From NCBI GenBank assembly GCA_947170495.1, contig CAMVUB010000002.1, positions 11,781 through 75,780 of the forward strand: a stretch of 64,000 nucleotides of DNA, in the 5' to 3' direction. This stretch comes from an uncultured Prevotellaceae bacterium. Lineage in GTDB: Bacteria; Bacteroidota; Bacteroidia; Bacteroidales; Bacteroidaceae. A program made the position numbers and the translations under genes. The notes beneath the pieces were generated by a model. That model was not told the DNA's origin. It searched no databases and saw only the letters and a program-made list of their open reading frames with translations. This document shows positions 8,862 to 19,863 of this stretch, piece after piece (position 1 is the first letter of the stretch; the number at the start of each line of letters is the position of its first letter).

Positions 8862-10958
8862 ATGGAACCATTGATTACCAATCCGACGTGGATATTCCTC
8901 GTCATGCTCTTCGTCATCCTGCTGGTGCCCATCCTCCTGCGGCGCCTGCGCATACCCCATATCATCGGCCTCATCGTGGCCGGTGCGGTGCTGGGTGAGC
9001 ACGGACTGAATGTGCTGGCGCGCGACACCTCGTTCGAGCTGTTCGGACAAGTGGGCATCTACTACATCATGTTCCTGGCAGGGTTGGAGATGGACATGGG
9101 CAGCTTCCGCCGCCACGGCGCCAAGGGAGCGGCCTTCGGCGCATGGACCTTTGTCGTGCCCTTCATCCTGGGCTTCATCTCCATGCGCTACGCGCTGGGC
9201 ATGAGCCGCCAGACGGCGGTGCTGGTGAGCTGCATCCTCTCCTCGCACACACTCGTCACCTACCCCATCGTGGGGCGCTACGGACTGGGCAAGCATCCCA
9301 GCGTGGTCTATGCCATCATCGCCACGGCCATCGCCTCCTTCACGGCGCTGCTGACGCTGGCCATCGTGGTGCAGAACAAACGGGGTGGCGGCGATGCCGT
9401 CTATTGGCTCCGTTTCGGCGTGGGCATCGTATTGTACATCATCACCGTGGCCTACACCTTCCCCAAGATCGGGCGCTGGTTCCTGCGTCGCAACGAGGAC
9501 GCCGTGACGCAGTACATCTTCGTGCTGGCCATGGTGTTCATCAGCGCATTCCTGGCGGTGTCCGTGGGACTCGAAGGGCTGCTGGGTGCCTTCCTGGGGG
9601 GCCTGGTACTCAACCGCATCATCCCACATGGCGGGCCGCTGATGAGCCGCATCGAGTTCGTGGGTAACGCGCTGTTTGTGCCGTGGTTCCTCATCGGCGT
9701 GGGCATGCTCATCGACGTGGGCATCCTCGCGGGCGACTACCAGACGCTGCTGCTCTGCGTGGCGTTCATCGCCGTGGGCACACTGGGCAAATGGCTCGCA
9801 GCGCTCATCATGGAACGCCTCAACGGCCTCGAGCGCGTGGATCGCTTCATCATGTTCGGCCTCACCAACTCACACGCCGCCGGTGCCCTCGCCATCGTGA
9901 TGATCGGCACACAGCCTGGACTGGACCTGATGAGCCCCGAGATCCTCAACGCCACCGTCATCCTCATCCTCTTCTCCTGCATCATCAGCTCGCTGGCCAC
10001 CGAGAAGGGGGCGCGACAGCTGGCGCTGCACACCAACGAGATGGACCGCAACCGAGGCAGCTACCACGGCAAATGTCTCACGGCCTATGCCTACCCGCGC
10101 ACCGTGGATGCCCTCACACAGCTCAGCATCCTCATCCGCAACCCGCTCATCCCCGACAGCCTCATGGGCCTCGCCGTGTCGATGGACGATGACGACGACG
10201 ATATGCTGCGTGCCCGTGGCGTCAGCAATCTGGAGAAGGCGCAGGCCATTGCGGCTGCTGCCAACGTGAAGATGTCCGTCATGAGCCGCATCAGCAGCAA
10301 CGTGGCCAGCGCCATCGTGCACACGATGCGCGAGGTGGATGCCGGCGAAATCATCCTCGGCCTCCACGAGACCGACGAGGGGCAGCCCTCCGGCAAGCTG
10401 GGTGTCACGGCACAGAGCGTGCTCAGCGCCACGCACCGCGAGGTGCTGCTGGTGCGCCTGCAGATGCCGCCGGGCACCATCCGCCGCATCATCGTGGCGG
10501 TGCCGCCGATGGCGGAGTACGAGGTGGGCTTCTACAAATGGGTGGAGCACATCTGCCGCATCGCGGAGCTCACGGGGCAGCCTGTGCGCTTCCACACGCT
10601 GGGAGACACCGGCTTCTATATCAAGGAATACCTAACCACCCACCACCCACTCGTGCAACAGGAGGTGGTCACGGAGCGCGGCTTCGGCAACCTGCTCATG
10701 CGACTGCCCTCCGAGGTGAATGCCGACCACCTGCTCGTCATCGTGACGGCGCGCGCCGGCTTCATCTCACACACGCCAGCCCTGAACACCCTGCCCCATT
10801 TCATCGCACAACATTTTGCAAATAGCAACGTCATCCTACTCTACCCCGACCAATACGGCGACCCGCAGGAGTCGCTCTCTGTGTTCGCGCCCAACGGGCA
10901 GAGCGTCACGCAGCGCCAGCTGCTGTTCGAGAAATGGCTGAATAAAATGAGGAGTTGA
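8862..10958 (+). CDS. Cation:proton antiporter (CPA1/CPA2 family) with ~300-aa cytoplasmic C-terminal domain
   Basis: About 390 aa of polytopic Na+/H+-exchanger-like sequence, followed by a soluble tail of two USP-like halves. Confidence 0.75.
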   Translation: MEPLITNPTWIFLVMLFVILLVPILLRRLRIPHIIGLIVAGAVLGEHGLNVLARDTSFELFGQVGIYYIMFLAGLEMDMGSFRRHGAKGAAFGAWTFVVPFILGFISMRYALGMSRQTAVLVSCILSSHTLVTYPIVGRYGLGKHPSVVYAIIATAIASFTALLTLAIVVQNKRGGGDAVYWLRFGVGIVLYIITVAYTFPKIGRWFLRRNEDAVTQYIFVLAMVFISAFLAVSVGLEGLLGAFLGGLVLNRIIPHGGPLMSRIEFVGNALFVPWFLIGVGMLIDVGILAGDYQTLLLCVAFIAVGTLGKWLAALIMERLNGLERVDRFIMFGLTNSHAAGALAIVMIGTQPGLDLMSPEILNATVILILFSCIISSLATEKGARQLALHTNEMDRNRGSYHGKCLTAYAYPRTVDALTQLSILIRNPLIPDSLMGLAVSMDDDDDDMLRARGVSNLEKAQAIAAAANVKMSVMSRISSNVASAIVHTMREVDAGEIILGLHETDEGQPSGKLGVTAQSVLSATHREVLLVRLQMPPGTIRRIIVAVPPMAEYEVGFYKWVEHICRIAELTGQPVRFHTLGDTGFYIKEYLTTHHPLVQQEVVTERGFGNLLMRLPSEVNADHLLVIVTARAGFISHTPALNTLPHFIAQHFANSNVILLYPDQYGDPQESLSVFAPNGQSVTQRQLLFEKWLNKMRS

Positions 10959-10960
10959 TA

Positions 10961-11650
10961 ATGATTCAGTTAAGAAATATACACAAGAGCTTTGGCTCAT
11001 TGGAAGTCCTGAAAGGCATTGACCTGGACATCGCACAAGGCGAGGTGGTGAGCATCGTAGGCCCCAGCGGCGCCGGCAAGACCACCCTGCTGCAGATCAT
11101 CGGCACGCTGGACAGCGCCGACAGCGGCTCCGTCGTCATCGACGGCACCGACATCTCCACCCTCGGTCAGAAGGCGCTGGCGCGCTTCCGCAACCAGCAC
11201 ATCGGTTTCGTGTTCCAGTTCCACCAGCTGCTACCCGAGTTCACGGCGCTGGAGAACGTGATGATTCCTGCGCTCATCGCAGGACGCAGCCAGGGCGAGG
11301 CCCGCAAGCGCGCACAGGAGCTGCTGGCGTTCATGGGCCTCAGCGACCGCGCCACCCACAAGCCCGCAGAACTCAGCGGCGGCGAGAAGCAGCGCGTAGC
11401 CGTAGCCCGCGCACTCGTAAACAAACCCGCCGTGGTGCTGGCCGACGAGCCCAGCGGCAGCCTCGACAGCGCCAACAAGGCGGAGCTCCACGCCCTCTTC
11501 TTCCGCCTGCGCGACGAGATGGGGCAGACCTTCGTCATCGTCACCCACGACGAGGAACTGGCCAAGACCACAGACCGCACGATACAGATGAAGGACGGCA
11601 TGGTGAGGGGAAGCGAGATCGAAGATGAAACAGGAGGAACGATTCTATGA
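10961..11650 (+). CDS. ABC transporter ATP-binding protein (LolD/MacB-type)
   Basis: Walker [10 protein letters not shown], signature LSGGEKQR, Walker B VVLADEP. First ATG is at 10961. The track's TTG at 10955 overlaps the upstream stop. Confidence 0.8.
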   Translation: MIQLRNIHKSFGSLEVLKGIDLDIAQGEVVSIVGPSGAGKTTLLQIIGTLDSADSGSVVIDGTDISTLGQKALARFRNQHIGFVFQFHQLLPEFTALENVMIPALIAGRSQGEARKRAQELLAFMGLSDRATHKPAELSGGEKQRVAVARALVNKPAVVLADEPSGSLDSANKAELHALFFRLRDEMGQTFVIVTHDEELAKTTDRTIQMKDGMVRGSEIEDETGGTIL

Positions 11651-12480
11651 AATTGGAATTAGGAAAAACAAATACATTGCGTGTGGTGCGGCGTGCCGAG
11701 CAGGGACTCTACCTCAGCGGAGGCCCCGAGGACATCCTGCTCCCCAACCGCTATGTGCCGGAGGGTACAGAGATAGGCGATGAAATCGACGTTTTTGTAT
11801 ATCTCGACAACGAAGAGCGCCTCATCGCCACCACCGAGACACCCAAGGCACAGGTGGGCGACTTCGCATGGCTCGAGGTGGCGTGGGTCAACAACTACGG
11901 TGCCTTCCTGGACTGGGGACTGATGAAAGACCTCTTCGTGCCCTTCCGCGAGCAGAAGATGAAGATGCAGAAAGGCAAGAGCTATCTCGTGCACTTGCAC
12001 ATCGACCCCGAGACCTACCGCATCATGGCCTCCGCCAAAGTGGAGCGCTACCTCAGCACCGACTTCCCGTCCTACCACGGCGGCGACGAAGTGGAGGTCC
12101 TCGTGTGGCAGAAGACAGACCTGGGCTTCAAGGCCATCGTGGATAACCGCTTCCAGGGGCTCCTCTTCGACGACGAGATCTTCCGCTCCCTGCACAGCGG
12201 CGACCGTCTCAAGGCATACGTCAAGCAGGTGCGGCCCGACGGCAAGATAGACCTCTCGCTACAGAAGAAGGGGCAGAAAGCCGTCCACGACTTCAGCGAT
12301 ATCCTGCTGGAACACCTGCGCGCCAACGGCGGCACCACGCCCTTGGGCGACAAGAGCCCTGCGGAGGAGATCTACGCCCTCTTCGGCGTCAGCAAGAAGG
12401 TGTTCAAGAAAGCCGTCGGCGACCTCTACAAACAACGCCTCATCACGATTGAACCCGAAGGGCTGAAATTGAAAGTTTAA
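11647..12480 (+). CDS. S1-domain RNA-binding protein, CvfB/YitL family
   Basis: 277 aa with repeated S1-like segments ([27 protein letters not shown]) and a C-terminal winged-helix-like tail. Its ATGA overlaps the upstream stop. Confidence 0.7.
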   Translation: MKLELGKTNTLRVVRRAEQGLYLSGGPEDILLPNRYVPEGTEIGDEIDVFVYLDNEERLIATTETPKAQVGDFAWLEVAWVNNYGAFLDWGLMKDLFVPFREQKMKMQKGKSYLVHLHIDPETYRIMASAKVERYLSTDFPSYHGGDEVEVLVWQKTDLGFKAIVDNRFQGLLFDDEIFRSLHSGDRLKAYVKQVRPDGKIDLSLQKKGQKAVHDFSDILLEHLRANGGTTPLGDKSPAEEIYALFGVSKKVFKKAVGDLYKQRLITIEPEGLKLKV

Positions 12481-12639
12481 AAAAGCGGCCAAAGAAAGGT
12501 CCGAAATATCGATATAACGATATAACGAAATAACGAAGGCCGCCGGAAAATTTAAAATTGAAATATCGAGAATTGAACGAAATATCACTCAACTTGAAAC
12601 TTTCAACCTGAAACTTGAAACTATTCCGATAGGAATGTG

Positions 12640-12647
12640 TACCTTTG
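12640..12647 (+). promoter_or_regulatory. -7 box TACCTTTG for gpmI
   Basis: 64 nt upstream of ATG 12712. Confidence 0.5.
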
Positions 12648-12711
12648 CGCCCGCAAAACGCTCTAACCGCTAACCTCTAAACTTTAAACTCTCAACTCTA
12701 AACTAAATAAT

Positions 12712-14232
12712 ATGGCAAAGAAAGCTCTGCTGATGATCCTCGACGGATGGGGCATCGGCAACAAACAGAAAGGCGACGTCATCTATCAGACGCCTACGCC
12801 CTACATGGACTACCTCAACGCAACCTACCCCCACAGCCAGCTGCAGGCCAGCGGCGAGAATGTGGGTCTGCCCGACGGACAGATGGGTAACTCCGAAGTC
12901 GGCCACCTCAACATCGGTGCCGGTCGCGTGGTCTATCAGGACCTCGTGAAAATCAACCGCGCCTGCAAGGACGGCAGCATCCTGCAGAACAAGGAGGTGC
13001 AGAACGCCTTCGAGTATGCCGTGCGCGAGGGCAAGGCCATACACTTCATGGGTCTCACCAGCAACGGCGGCGTGCACTCCAGCCTCGACCACCTCTACAA
13101 GCTCTGCGAGATCTCCCAAGAATATAAGGTACGCGAGACCTATGTCCACTGCTTCATGGACGGCCGCGACACAGACCCCCGCTCCGGCGTGGGCTTCATC
13201 CGCGAGCTGCAGGAGAAGTGCAAGGAGACCGGTGCACACATCGCCAGCATCATCGGCCGCTTCTACGCCATGGACCGCGACAAGCGCTGGGAGCGCGTGA
13301 AGATTGCCTACGACCTGCTCATCAGCGGCGAAGGCTTCCAGGCCAAGGACATGGTGGAGGCCATGGAACTCTCCTATGCCGACGGCGTCACCGATGAGTT
13401 CGTGAAGCCCATCAACAACGCCAATATCGACGGCACCATCAAGGAAGGCGATGTCATCATCTTCTTCAACTACCGCAACGACCGCGCCAAGGAGCTCACC
13501 ATCGTGCTCACCCAGCAGGACATGCCCGAGCAGGGTATGAAGACCATCCCCGGCCTGCAGTACTACTGCATGACCCCCTACGATGCCAGCTTCAAGGGCG
13601 TGCACATCCTCTTCCCCAAGGAGAACGTGGAGAACACCCTCGGCGAGTACATCAGTCGTCAGGGCCTCAAGCAGCTCCACACCGCCGAGACCGAGAAGTA
13701 CGCCCACGTCACCTTCTTCTTCAACGGCGGCCGCGAGCAGCCCTACGAGGGCGAGGACCGCATCCTCGTAGCCAGCCCCAAGGTTGCCACCTACGACCTC
13801 AAGCCTGAGATGTCCGCTTATGAGGTCAAGGACAAGCTAGTAGCTGCCATCAAGGAGGACAAGTACGACTTCATCGTCGTCAACTTCGCCAACGGCGACA
13901 TGGTCGGACATACCGGCGTCTATGAGGCCATCGAGAAGGCCGTCGTTGCCGTCGATGCCTGCGTCAAGGAAGTCGTGGAGACCGCCAAGGCCACCGGCGA
14001 CTACGAGGTCATCATCATCGCCGACCACGGCAATGCCGACAACGCCATCAACGCCGACGGCACCCCCAACACCGCCCACAGCCTCAACCCCGTGCCCTTC
14101 ATCTACGTCACGGCGAACAAGACTGCCAAGGTCGAGGACGGCATCCTGGCCGACGTGGCTCCCAGCATCCTCCACATCATGGGCCTGCAGCAACCCGCCG
14201 ACATGACCGGCCGCTGCCTCATCAAAGACTAA
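12712..14232 (+). CDS. gpmI: 2,3-bisphosphoglycerate-independent phosphoglycerate mutase
   Basis: 506 aa with [22 protein letters not shown] and ADHGNAD motifs. Confidence 0.95.
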   Translation: MAKKALLMILDGWGIGNKQKGDVIYQTPTPYMDYLNATYPHSQLQASGENVGLPDGQMGNSEVGHLNIGAGRVVYQDLVKINRACKDGSILQNKEVQNAFEYAVREGKAIHFMGLTSNGGVHSSLDHLYKLCEISQEYKVRETYVHCFMDGRDTDPRSGVGFIRELQEKCKETGAHIASIIGRFYAMDRDKRWERVKIAYDLLISGEGFQAKDMVEAMELSYADGVTDEFVKPINNANIDGTIKEGDVIIFFNYRNDRAKELTIVLTQQDMPEQGMKTIPGLQYYCMTPYDASFKGVHILFPKENVENTLGEYISRQGLKQLHTAETEKYAHVTFFFNGGREQPYEGEDRILVASPKVATYDLKPEMSAYEVKDKLVAAIKEDKYDFIVVNFANGDMVGHTGVYEAIEKAVVAVDACVKEVVETAKATGDYEVIIIADHGNADNAINADGTPNTAHSLNPVPFIYVTANKTAKVEDGILADVAPSILHIMGLQQPADMTGRCLIKD

Positions 14233-14250
14233 GGCATTCCCAATAAAATA

Positions 14251-15006
14251 TTGGAAGCAATATTCAAGCGTGCAGAACGGCTGCTGGGCGATCAGGCAAT
14301 GGATCAGATCGCCCGGCAGCGGGTCATTCTTTTCGGCGTGGGCGGCGTCGGGTCGTGGTGCGCCGAGGCCCTGGTGCGCAGCGGCATCCTGCGGCTGACG
14401 ATTGTCGATAGCGACCGCGTCAGCATCACCAACATCAACCGCCAGCTGATGGCCACGACGACGACGGTGGGACAGGTGAAGGTAGAAGCCATGAAAGAGC
14501 GCCTGCTCACGATCAACCCGTCAGCAGAAATCACAGCATTGCAAAAAATCTTCTCGCAGGAGACGGCTGAGGAATTCCACCTCGACAGCTACGACTATAT
14601 CATCGATGCCATCGACTCGCTGAAGGACAAGGCGCTGCTGATTCTCATGGCCTGCCGCACAAAGGCCAGGTTCTTCTCCTCGATGGGCGCCGCCCTGAAA
14701 CTCGACCCCACCCGCATCCAGGTCACCGAGTTCTGGAAGGTGAAGGGCGACCCGCTGGCGCGTGCCCTGCGCAACAAGTTCAAGAAGGAGAAGCTGTTCC
14801 CCCAGCGTAAGTTCCAATGCGTCTATAGCGATGAGCTCTTAGAGAACAAAAAGCCCATCGACCCTGACGACAGAGGCAACGGCAGCCTCGTCCACATCAC
14901 CGCCATCTTCGGCTTCACCCTCGCCGGCTTAGTCCTTCAGGACGCCGCCCTTACGCCTCCGCCACCACTTCAATCTCCACCAATGCGCCCTTCGGAAGCG
15001 TCTTGA
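14251..15006 (+). CDS. tcdA: tRNA threonylcarbamoyladenosine dehydratase (ThiF/E1-like)
   Basis: GVGGVGSWCAEALVRSG...DSDRVSITNINRQ. TTG is the only start upstream of the conserved N-terminus. The Pro-rich tail overlaps convergent ridA by 56 bp. Confidence 0.75.
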   Translation: MEAIFKRAERLLGDQAMDQIARQRVILFGVGGVGSWCAEALVRSGILRLTIVDSDRVSITNINRQLMATTTTVGQVKVEAMKERLLTINPSAEITALQKIFSQETAEEFHLDSYDYIIDAIDSLKDKALLILMACRTKARFFSSMGAALKLDPTRIQVTEFWKVKGDPLARALRNKFKKEKLFPQRKFQCVYSDELLENKKPIDPDDRGNGSLVHITAIFGFTLAGLVLQDAALTPPPPLQSPPMRPSEAS

Positions 15007-15328
15007 CAGCCACCGCAGAACGAGCGGGATAGGGCTCAGCGAAGAACTCCGCATAGACGGTGTTCATGTCGGCAAAATCATTCATGTCCGCCATGAACAC
15101 CGTTGTCTTTACCACATTCGCCATGCTCACTCCAGCCTCTTCCAGAATGGCCTTCACGTTGGTCAGCGACTGACGCGTCTGTTCCTTGATGCCGCCCTCA
15201 GGGAAACTGCCCGTGGCCGCATCGATGGGCAGCTGCCCGGAGGTATAAATGAGATTTCCCACCTTGACGGCCTGACTATACGGCCCAATGGCAGCAGGTG
15301 CCTTTGTTGTACTAATGATCTTTTTCAT
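14951..15328 (-). CDS. ridA: RidA/YjgF-family reactive-intermediate deaminase
   Basis: MKKIISTTKAPAAIGPYSQAV...PARSAVAVKTLPKGALVEIE. Start moved to ATG 15328. Confidence 0.9.
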   Translation of the reverse strand: MKKIISTTKAPAAIGPYSQAVKVGNLIYTSGQLPIDAATGSFPEGGIKEQTRQSLTNVKAILEEAGVSMANVVKTTVFMADMNDFADMNTVYAEFFAEPYPARSAVAVKTLPKGALVEIEVVAEA

Positions 15329-15415
15329 ACACAATCCTTTTTTAGACGAGGACAAAATTACGAATATTTACGGATACATGCTTCACTTTGCCGATGTTTT
15401 TAAGAGATTTTAGAC

Positions 15416-15555
15416 AAAATAAATGATGCATGCCTCCAAAAAGACATGCATCATGATGTTTTTGCAACCTTCATCATTTCTGCCTTAAATAGCTGAATAA
15501 CAAATGATTGCTACGTAACAAACCTACATCAAACCTACATTATATCAGCATCTTT
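15416..15555 (+). repeat. R1: ~140-bp dispersed repeat, 3' of the LRR gene
   Basis: Aligns with 18207-18347 over its full length; the two look close to identical by eye, with scattered substitutions. Contains hairpin ATGATGCATG-N12-CATGCATCAT (15423-15454) and tandem AAACCTACATC AAACCTACAT (15520-15540). Confidence 0.85.
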
Positions 15556-15570
15556 TCAAGTAGTGAAGGT

Positions 15571-18099
15571 TTACCTTACTACTACCTTACGTGAAGTGCC
15601 GTCATTCATGCGAAGGATATTGATTCCGTGTTGAGGGCGCGTGCTTTTAAGGCCGTTAAGCTGGTAGTACTCAACAGTGCTGGCATCCTTAAGTACAGGA
15701 CGGAGGGCGTCGGGTACGCCCTCGACAATATGCACGAAATCCTTCCAGCCATTCGTCGTCTGGTATTGGTTCAATGTTCCCTCTGGCACATACAGGAGCG
15801 CTTCATCAAAGGTCTTTTCGGAGAATGCCTGAAAAGAGTTCTCCGCTTGCTTCCCATAAATCTCAAACGGGTGCTCTATCAGCGACACGACGGTGGTCAG
15901 GCCGCAATAATTGAAAGCTGACTGTCCAATTTCCTCTACAGAATTGGGAATGATGATTGAAGTGATACCACAGCTGTTGAAGGCATAACCGCCGATGCCC
16001 TTCACTGATTCACCAAGGGAAACAGAGGTGAGACCGAAACAATTAGAAAATGCGCTGTATCCGATTCCTTCCACAGAGTTGGGGATGCTGACAGAGGTGA
16101 GTTTCCCACAACTGGAGAACGCGTAATCTCCGATGCTCCTCACGGATTTTCCAATCTTAAGAGAATTAAGATTACTGCATTGCTCGAACGCGCGTTCTCC
16201 TATGGTAATGACTGAGTTGCCTATGACGGCAGAAGTGAGGTTGCGGCATTGGTAAAATGCACGTTTTCCCATTGTTTTCACGGAATTGGGGATGGTCACC
16301 GAGGTAACGCCTGATTGTTCGAAAGCATAACTCCCAATATTTTCAACAGCACTGCCTATGACGACGGAGGCGAGGTTGCCGCAGTTATAGAAAGCTGATT
16401 CTTCAATGCTTGTCACCGAGTTGGGAATGATGACGGAAGTAAGATTCTTGTATTCTCCAAATGCGTATTTTTTGATTTTAGTCACGGAGTTGGGGATGAC
16501 TACATCTTTCGCTTCCACGCCATTGAGGAATAATTTTTTTGCATATTTAAGAGGATTGGGACTAGAACTTCCATTATCTAAAAAGTCAATATTGCACCAT
16601 GCGGCCAGATCTGTAATATTGACAGCGTCAAGCCCCCAACAGCTACTAAAAGCTCTGTATCCGACGGTTTCCACTGAGCTCGGGATACTGATGGAAACAA
16701 GATTACTGCATTTCTCAAATGCCGTGGCGGCAATTTCTGTGGTCCCTTCCTTCAAAACAATCGAGGTATTACTTGGCATCGTACCTTTATATTTATAGGC
16801 TACCGACCCTATATATATTAAACCGTCTGGCAGGTTGTTAAACCAAGGTGTATCGGTTAGCGCAAAGCCGCCGATGCTGGTCATCGCATCGCCAACCTCA
16901 AAAGTAGCAAGGCTGCTACAGCCAAAGAAGGCATAGTGATCGATGCTCGTTAAGGCATTGCCATTAGTGACCGAAACAAGACTGCTGCAACCACTGAACG
17001 AATAAAATCCAATGCTGGTGACGGAGTTGCACAAATCGAAAGAGACAAGGCTACTACAATTCCTGAACGCATATTTCCCAATGCTCGTGAGACCATTTCC
17101 CGTCTCGATGGAGACAAGGCTACTGCAGTCTTGAAAGGCGTAATCACCTATATTAGTCAAGGACTTACCATTCGTGACAGAAGTAAGGCTGGTGCAGCCA
17201 TTGAAGGTATAAGTCTCAACGCTGGTCACTAAATCAGGAATAGCGATAGAAGTAAGTGATGAACAATTCCAAAAAGCCTGAGATCCGATGCTTGTCACAG
17301 AGTTGGGAATGCTGATGGCTGTCAGACCGCTGCAACCATAAAATGCCATACTTGAAATTGCTGTTGTCCCTTCCCGCAAAACGACAGAAGTATTATCCGG
17401 CATCGTACCCTTATATTTATAGGCTATCGACCCGATATACACCAACCCGTCAGGTTGGTTCTCATACCACGGTGTTCCTCCGAACGCGGATGCTTCAATG
17501 TTTGTGACAGACTTGCTGATTTCGACGGAGACAAGGCTGCAGTCAGCAAAGGCGCCCGATCCGATGTAGGTCACACCATTGGGAATAACGATAGAAGCGA
17601 GGGAGCTACAGCCATAGAAAGCATAATGCCCGATGCTCGTTACGCTTGCTGGAATCAGGGTTGTCTGACACCCCGCGATGAGCGTATTGCTGGCGGTCTC
17701 TATGATAGCATTGCAATGATCGCGCGAATCATATACAGGATTGCCCGGATCTACAACAATTGCCGTTAGGGCGCTGCAATTACGGAACGCAAACATATCG
17801 ATACTATTCACGCTCGCAGGAATGGTGATGGATGTCAGATCAGTGCAATTAGAGAAAGCATTCATCTCGATACCTGTTACATCATACCTTACCCCGTTAT
17901 TGGTGGCGGACGCAGGAATGACGATGTCACCCGCATAAGGCGCAGATGGATAACCAACGACTTTCACCGTAAGATTTTCTTTTGAGGTGATTTGATAGTT
18001 GATTCCATCGAATCTGAATGCATCTTGGCCCATGACAGCTAAGGGAGCAAGCAGCGCCAATAGCGCCGAAAACAACAATCTGAATACCGAATGTTTCAT
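15571..18099 (-). CDS. BspA-like leucine-rich-repeat surface protein with T9SS C-terminal sorting domain
   Basis: 842 aa with a signal peptide. It holds dozens of ~23-aa repeats (IPNSVTSIGxxAFxxCxxLTS) and a C-terminal YYQLNGLKS...GINILRMNDGTSRKVVVR tail typical of T9SS CTDs. The gene is visibly more A/T-rich than its neighbours. Confidence 0.8.
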   Translation of the reverse strand: MKHSVFRLLFSALLALLAPLAVMGQDAFRFDGINYQITSKENLTVKVVGYPSAPYAGDIVIPASATNNGVRYDVTGIEMNAFSNCTDLTSITIPASVNSIDMFAFRNCSALTAIVVDPGNPVYDSRDHCNAIIETASNTLIAGCQTTLIPASVTSIGHYAFYGCSSLASIVIPNGVTYIGSGAFADCSLVSVEISKSVTNIEASAFGGTPWYENQPDGLVYIGSIAYKYKGTMPDNTSVVLREGTTAISSMAFYGCSGLTAISIPNSVTSIGSQAFWNCSSLTSIAIPDLVTSVETYTFNGCTSLTSVTNGKSLTNIGDYAFQDCSSLVSIETGNGLTSIGKYAFRNCSSLVSFDLCNSVTSIGFYSFSGCSSLVSVTNGNALTSIDHYAFFGCSSLATFEVGDAMTSIGGFALTDTPWFNNLPDGLIYIGSVAYKYKGTMPSNTSIVLKEGTTEIAATAFEKCSNLVSISIPSSVETVGYRAFSSCWGLDAVNITDLAAWCNIDFLDNGSSSPNPLKYAKKLFLNGVEAKDVVIPNSVTKIKKYAFGEYKNLTSVIIPNSVTSIEESAFYNCGNLASVVIGSAVENIGSYAFEQSGVTSVTIPNSVKTMGKRAFYQCRNLTSAVIGNSVITIGERAFEQCSNLNSLKIGKSVRSIGDYAFSSCGKLTSVSIPNSVEGIGYSAFSNCFGLTSVSLGESVKGIGGYAFNSCGITSIIIPNSVEEIGQSAFNYCGLTTVVSLIEHPFEIYGKQAENSFQAFSEKTFDEALLYVPEGTLNQYQTTNGWKDFVHIVEGVPDALRPVLKDASTVEYYQLNGLKSTRPQHGINILRMNDGTSRKVVVR

Positions 18100-18145
18100 A
18101 AATATGTATGTTGTTTAGTATTATCGATTATATTAATATTGCCTG

Positions 18146-18153
18146 CAAAGATA
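18146..18153 (-). promoter_or_regulatory. -7 box TATCTTTG for LRR gene
   Basis: TAnnTTTG match 46 nt upstream of ATG 18099. Confidence 0.5.
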
Positions 18154-18206
18154 CGCACTATAATCAGAAAAGAAGCAGAGAACGGCGAAAAATGCAGGAA
18201 ATGCTG

Positions 18207-18347
18207 AAAAATTAAATGATGCATGCCTCCGAAAAGACATGCATCATGATATTTTCACAACCTTCATCATTTCAGCTTAAACCGCTGAATGATAAGTTGT
18301 TGCTTCGAAATAAACCTACATCAAACCTACATGGTATCAGCATTTTT
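18207..18347 (+). repeat. R2: second copy of the ~140-bp repeat
   Basis: A direct copy of R1. It lies between the VirE-like stop (18375) and the LRR promoter. Confidence 0.85.
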
Positions 18348-18374
18348 TACTTTTCATGCTATCACTTTTCATTT

Positions 18375-19634
18375 TTATGCTGCCGCCTGCATGGGGATTG
18401 CGTAGTAGTGAGCGCCGCTGGCCTTGCGCAGACTCTTGAAGCCCAGCTTGCGGAGGATGCGACCGAGGTAGAGGTTCAGGTTCTGGATGCATTTCACAGC
18501 GGGGAAACGGGATCCGATGGTATTGGCGATATCATCGAGCGCGATGGGCTGGCTGTTCTCATCGTTCTTGGGCAGGCGGTAGAGGGCCTGCACGAGAGGC
18601 GTGAGATCTATTTCCTCCTGGAACTGCTCGTTGACCTGTTGGATGCGCTGCTCCTCCGCGTTGGTAAACCAGTAGCGGCGCTGCTCCTCGCGCAGGGCAT
18701 ACAGCACCTGGGCGTAGAGTTGTTCATAGTCGATGGCTGCCTCATTATCTATAAGGTGCCCCTCAGGGATGCTCACGCAGATGTAGCGGCGCGAGCCGGT
18801 AGGATCGTGCAGGGGATACTGGCTGTTGGTGGTGGCGATGAACGAGGCGTAGCGAGGCTTGTCCTCCTGCACGCGACCGAAGATGGGACGTCCGTTGACC
18901 TTGTTCCTCGAAACGGCAAACTTCAGGTTGGCCTGCTGCGTGGAGGTGATGCGGTCGAACTCGTCGATGATGACGAGGCCGTTGTTGGAGAGTGCCAGAT
19001 CGCAGTCGAACTTATTGCCCATGTTGAAGTGGTCGAGGACGTACTCCTGCAGGTGCTTGGGCAGCAGGCGGCGGCAGAAGATGGTCTTGCCACAGCCCTG
19101 AGGACCAATCAGCACGGGCACACTCTCGTTGGCGTGTAGCGTGTCCATCTGCAGCCAGTGGGCTACCATCGACAAATGCCAGATTTTAAGCCATTCCACC
19201 GTCTCTTCGCTGATGCCGGGCAGGCGGCTGTAGAGTTCGTGGAGGTAGTCGGTACCGTCCCACGCGGGCAGGTGGTCGAGCCAGTCGCGGAAGGGGTCGT
19301 ACTCGGGCACCTCGGTGGAGAAGACATATTCAATAATGTTCGTGCGCGCGTGAGCCACCTCGGGCAGCATCTTCTTGGCAGCACGCACGATGGTGTTCAT
19401 CGCCGCATCCGTAAGCGGCTGGAAGCGAGGCTCCACAGGCAGGTACAGCTGCAGGCCGTCCGGCGTGATACCAGCGGGCTCCAAGTCCGTACCGTCGCGC
19501 TGCTCGCGATACTCGATCTTCTTGTTAAACGTGTTACGACGGAATTCGTAGCGCTGGAGAAATTGCTCCGTCAACTCAATTTCCTGCGACACACCCTCCT
19601 GGAGGGCTGCCGCCTGATTTGCATTGTTTTTCAT
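18375..19634 (-). CDS. VirE/VapE-like P-loop NTPase (BT4734-like N-terminus plus DUF3874-type C-terminus)
   Basis: 419 aa. Walker A GPQGCGKT and Walker B LVIIDEFD. The overall pattern is that of the Bacteroidota 'virulence-associated E' primase-helicase-associated family. Confidence 0.7.
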   Translation of the reverse strand: MKNNANQAAALQEGVSQEIELTEQFLQRYEFRRNTFNKKIEYREQRDGTDLEPAGITPDGLQLYLPVEPRFQPLTDAAMNTIVRAAKKMLPEVAHARTNIIEYVFSTEVPEYDPFRDWLDHLPAWDGTDYLHELYSRLPGISEETVEWLKIWHLSMVAHWLQMDTLHANESVPVLIGPQGCGKTIFCRRLLPKHLQEYVLDHFNMGNKFDCDLALSNNGLVIIDEFDRITSTQQANLKFAVSRNKVNGRPIFGRVQEDKPRYASFIATTNSQYPLHDPTGSRRYICVSIPEGHLIDNEAAIDYEQLYAQVLYALREEQRRYWFTNAEEQRIQQVNEQFQEEIDLTPLVQALYRLPKNDENSQPIALDDIANTIGSRFPAVKCIQNLNLYLGRILRKLGFKSLRKASGAHYYAIPMQAAA

Positions 19635-19689
19635 AGTGTTTTTAAGGTTGATTCAGTGCCAGACAACATGTACTGGTTGAAATCGGCTG

Positions 19690-19697
19690 CAAAGTTA
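19690..19697 (-). promoter_or_regulatory. -7 box TAACTTTG for VirE-like gene
   Basis: TAnnTTTG match 55 nt upstream of ATG 19634. Confidence 0.5.
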
Positions 19698-19761
19698 CAA
19701 ATAATTTTTCATATTTTCGGGCTTTTTTCACATATCGTTAGGGAAAAGTCACGATGCTGGT

Positions 19762-19863
19762 TTCATGTAGGTTTGATGTAGGTTTATTTTGAAGTAGCTA
19801 CTTGCTAATCAGCTGTTTAGCCAGTAAATGATGAAGGTTGCCCAAACATCATGAGGTGTTGCC
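19762..19863 (-). repeat. R3: inverted, 5'-truncated third copy of the repeat
   Basis: The reverse complement aligns with the distal ~100 bp of R1/R2. It includes ATGTAGGTTTGATGTAGGTTT (19765-19785) and lacks the first hairpin. Confidence 0.8.

Noticed and set aside
14951-15006. The 56-bp convergent overlap of tcdA and ridA, considered as a regulatory antisense arrangement.
   Set aside because: The overlapping tcdA tail (ALTPPPPLQSPPMRPSEAS) is non-conserved. It probably reflects a late stop codon in a GC-rich antisense frame, and nothing more can be supported from sequence alone.
15416-18347. A diversity-generating retroelement (template/variable repeat pair) as an explanation for R1/R2 around the LRR gene.
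   Set aside because: Both repeats are non-coding. Their mismatches are not adenine-specific, and no reverse transcriptase is present.
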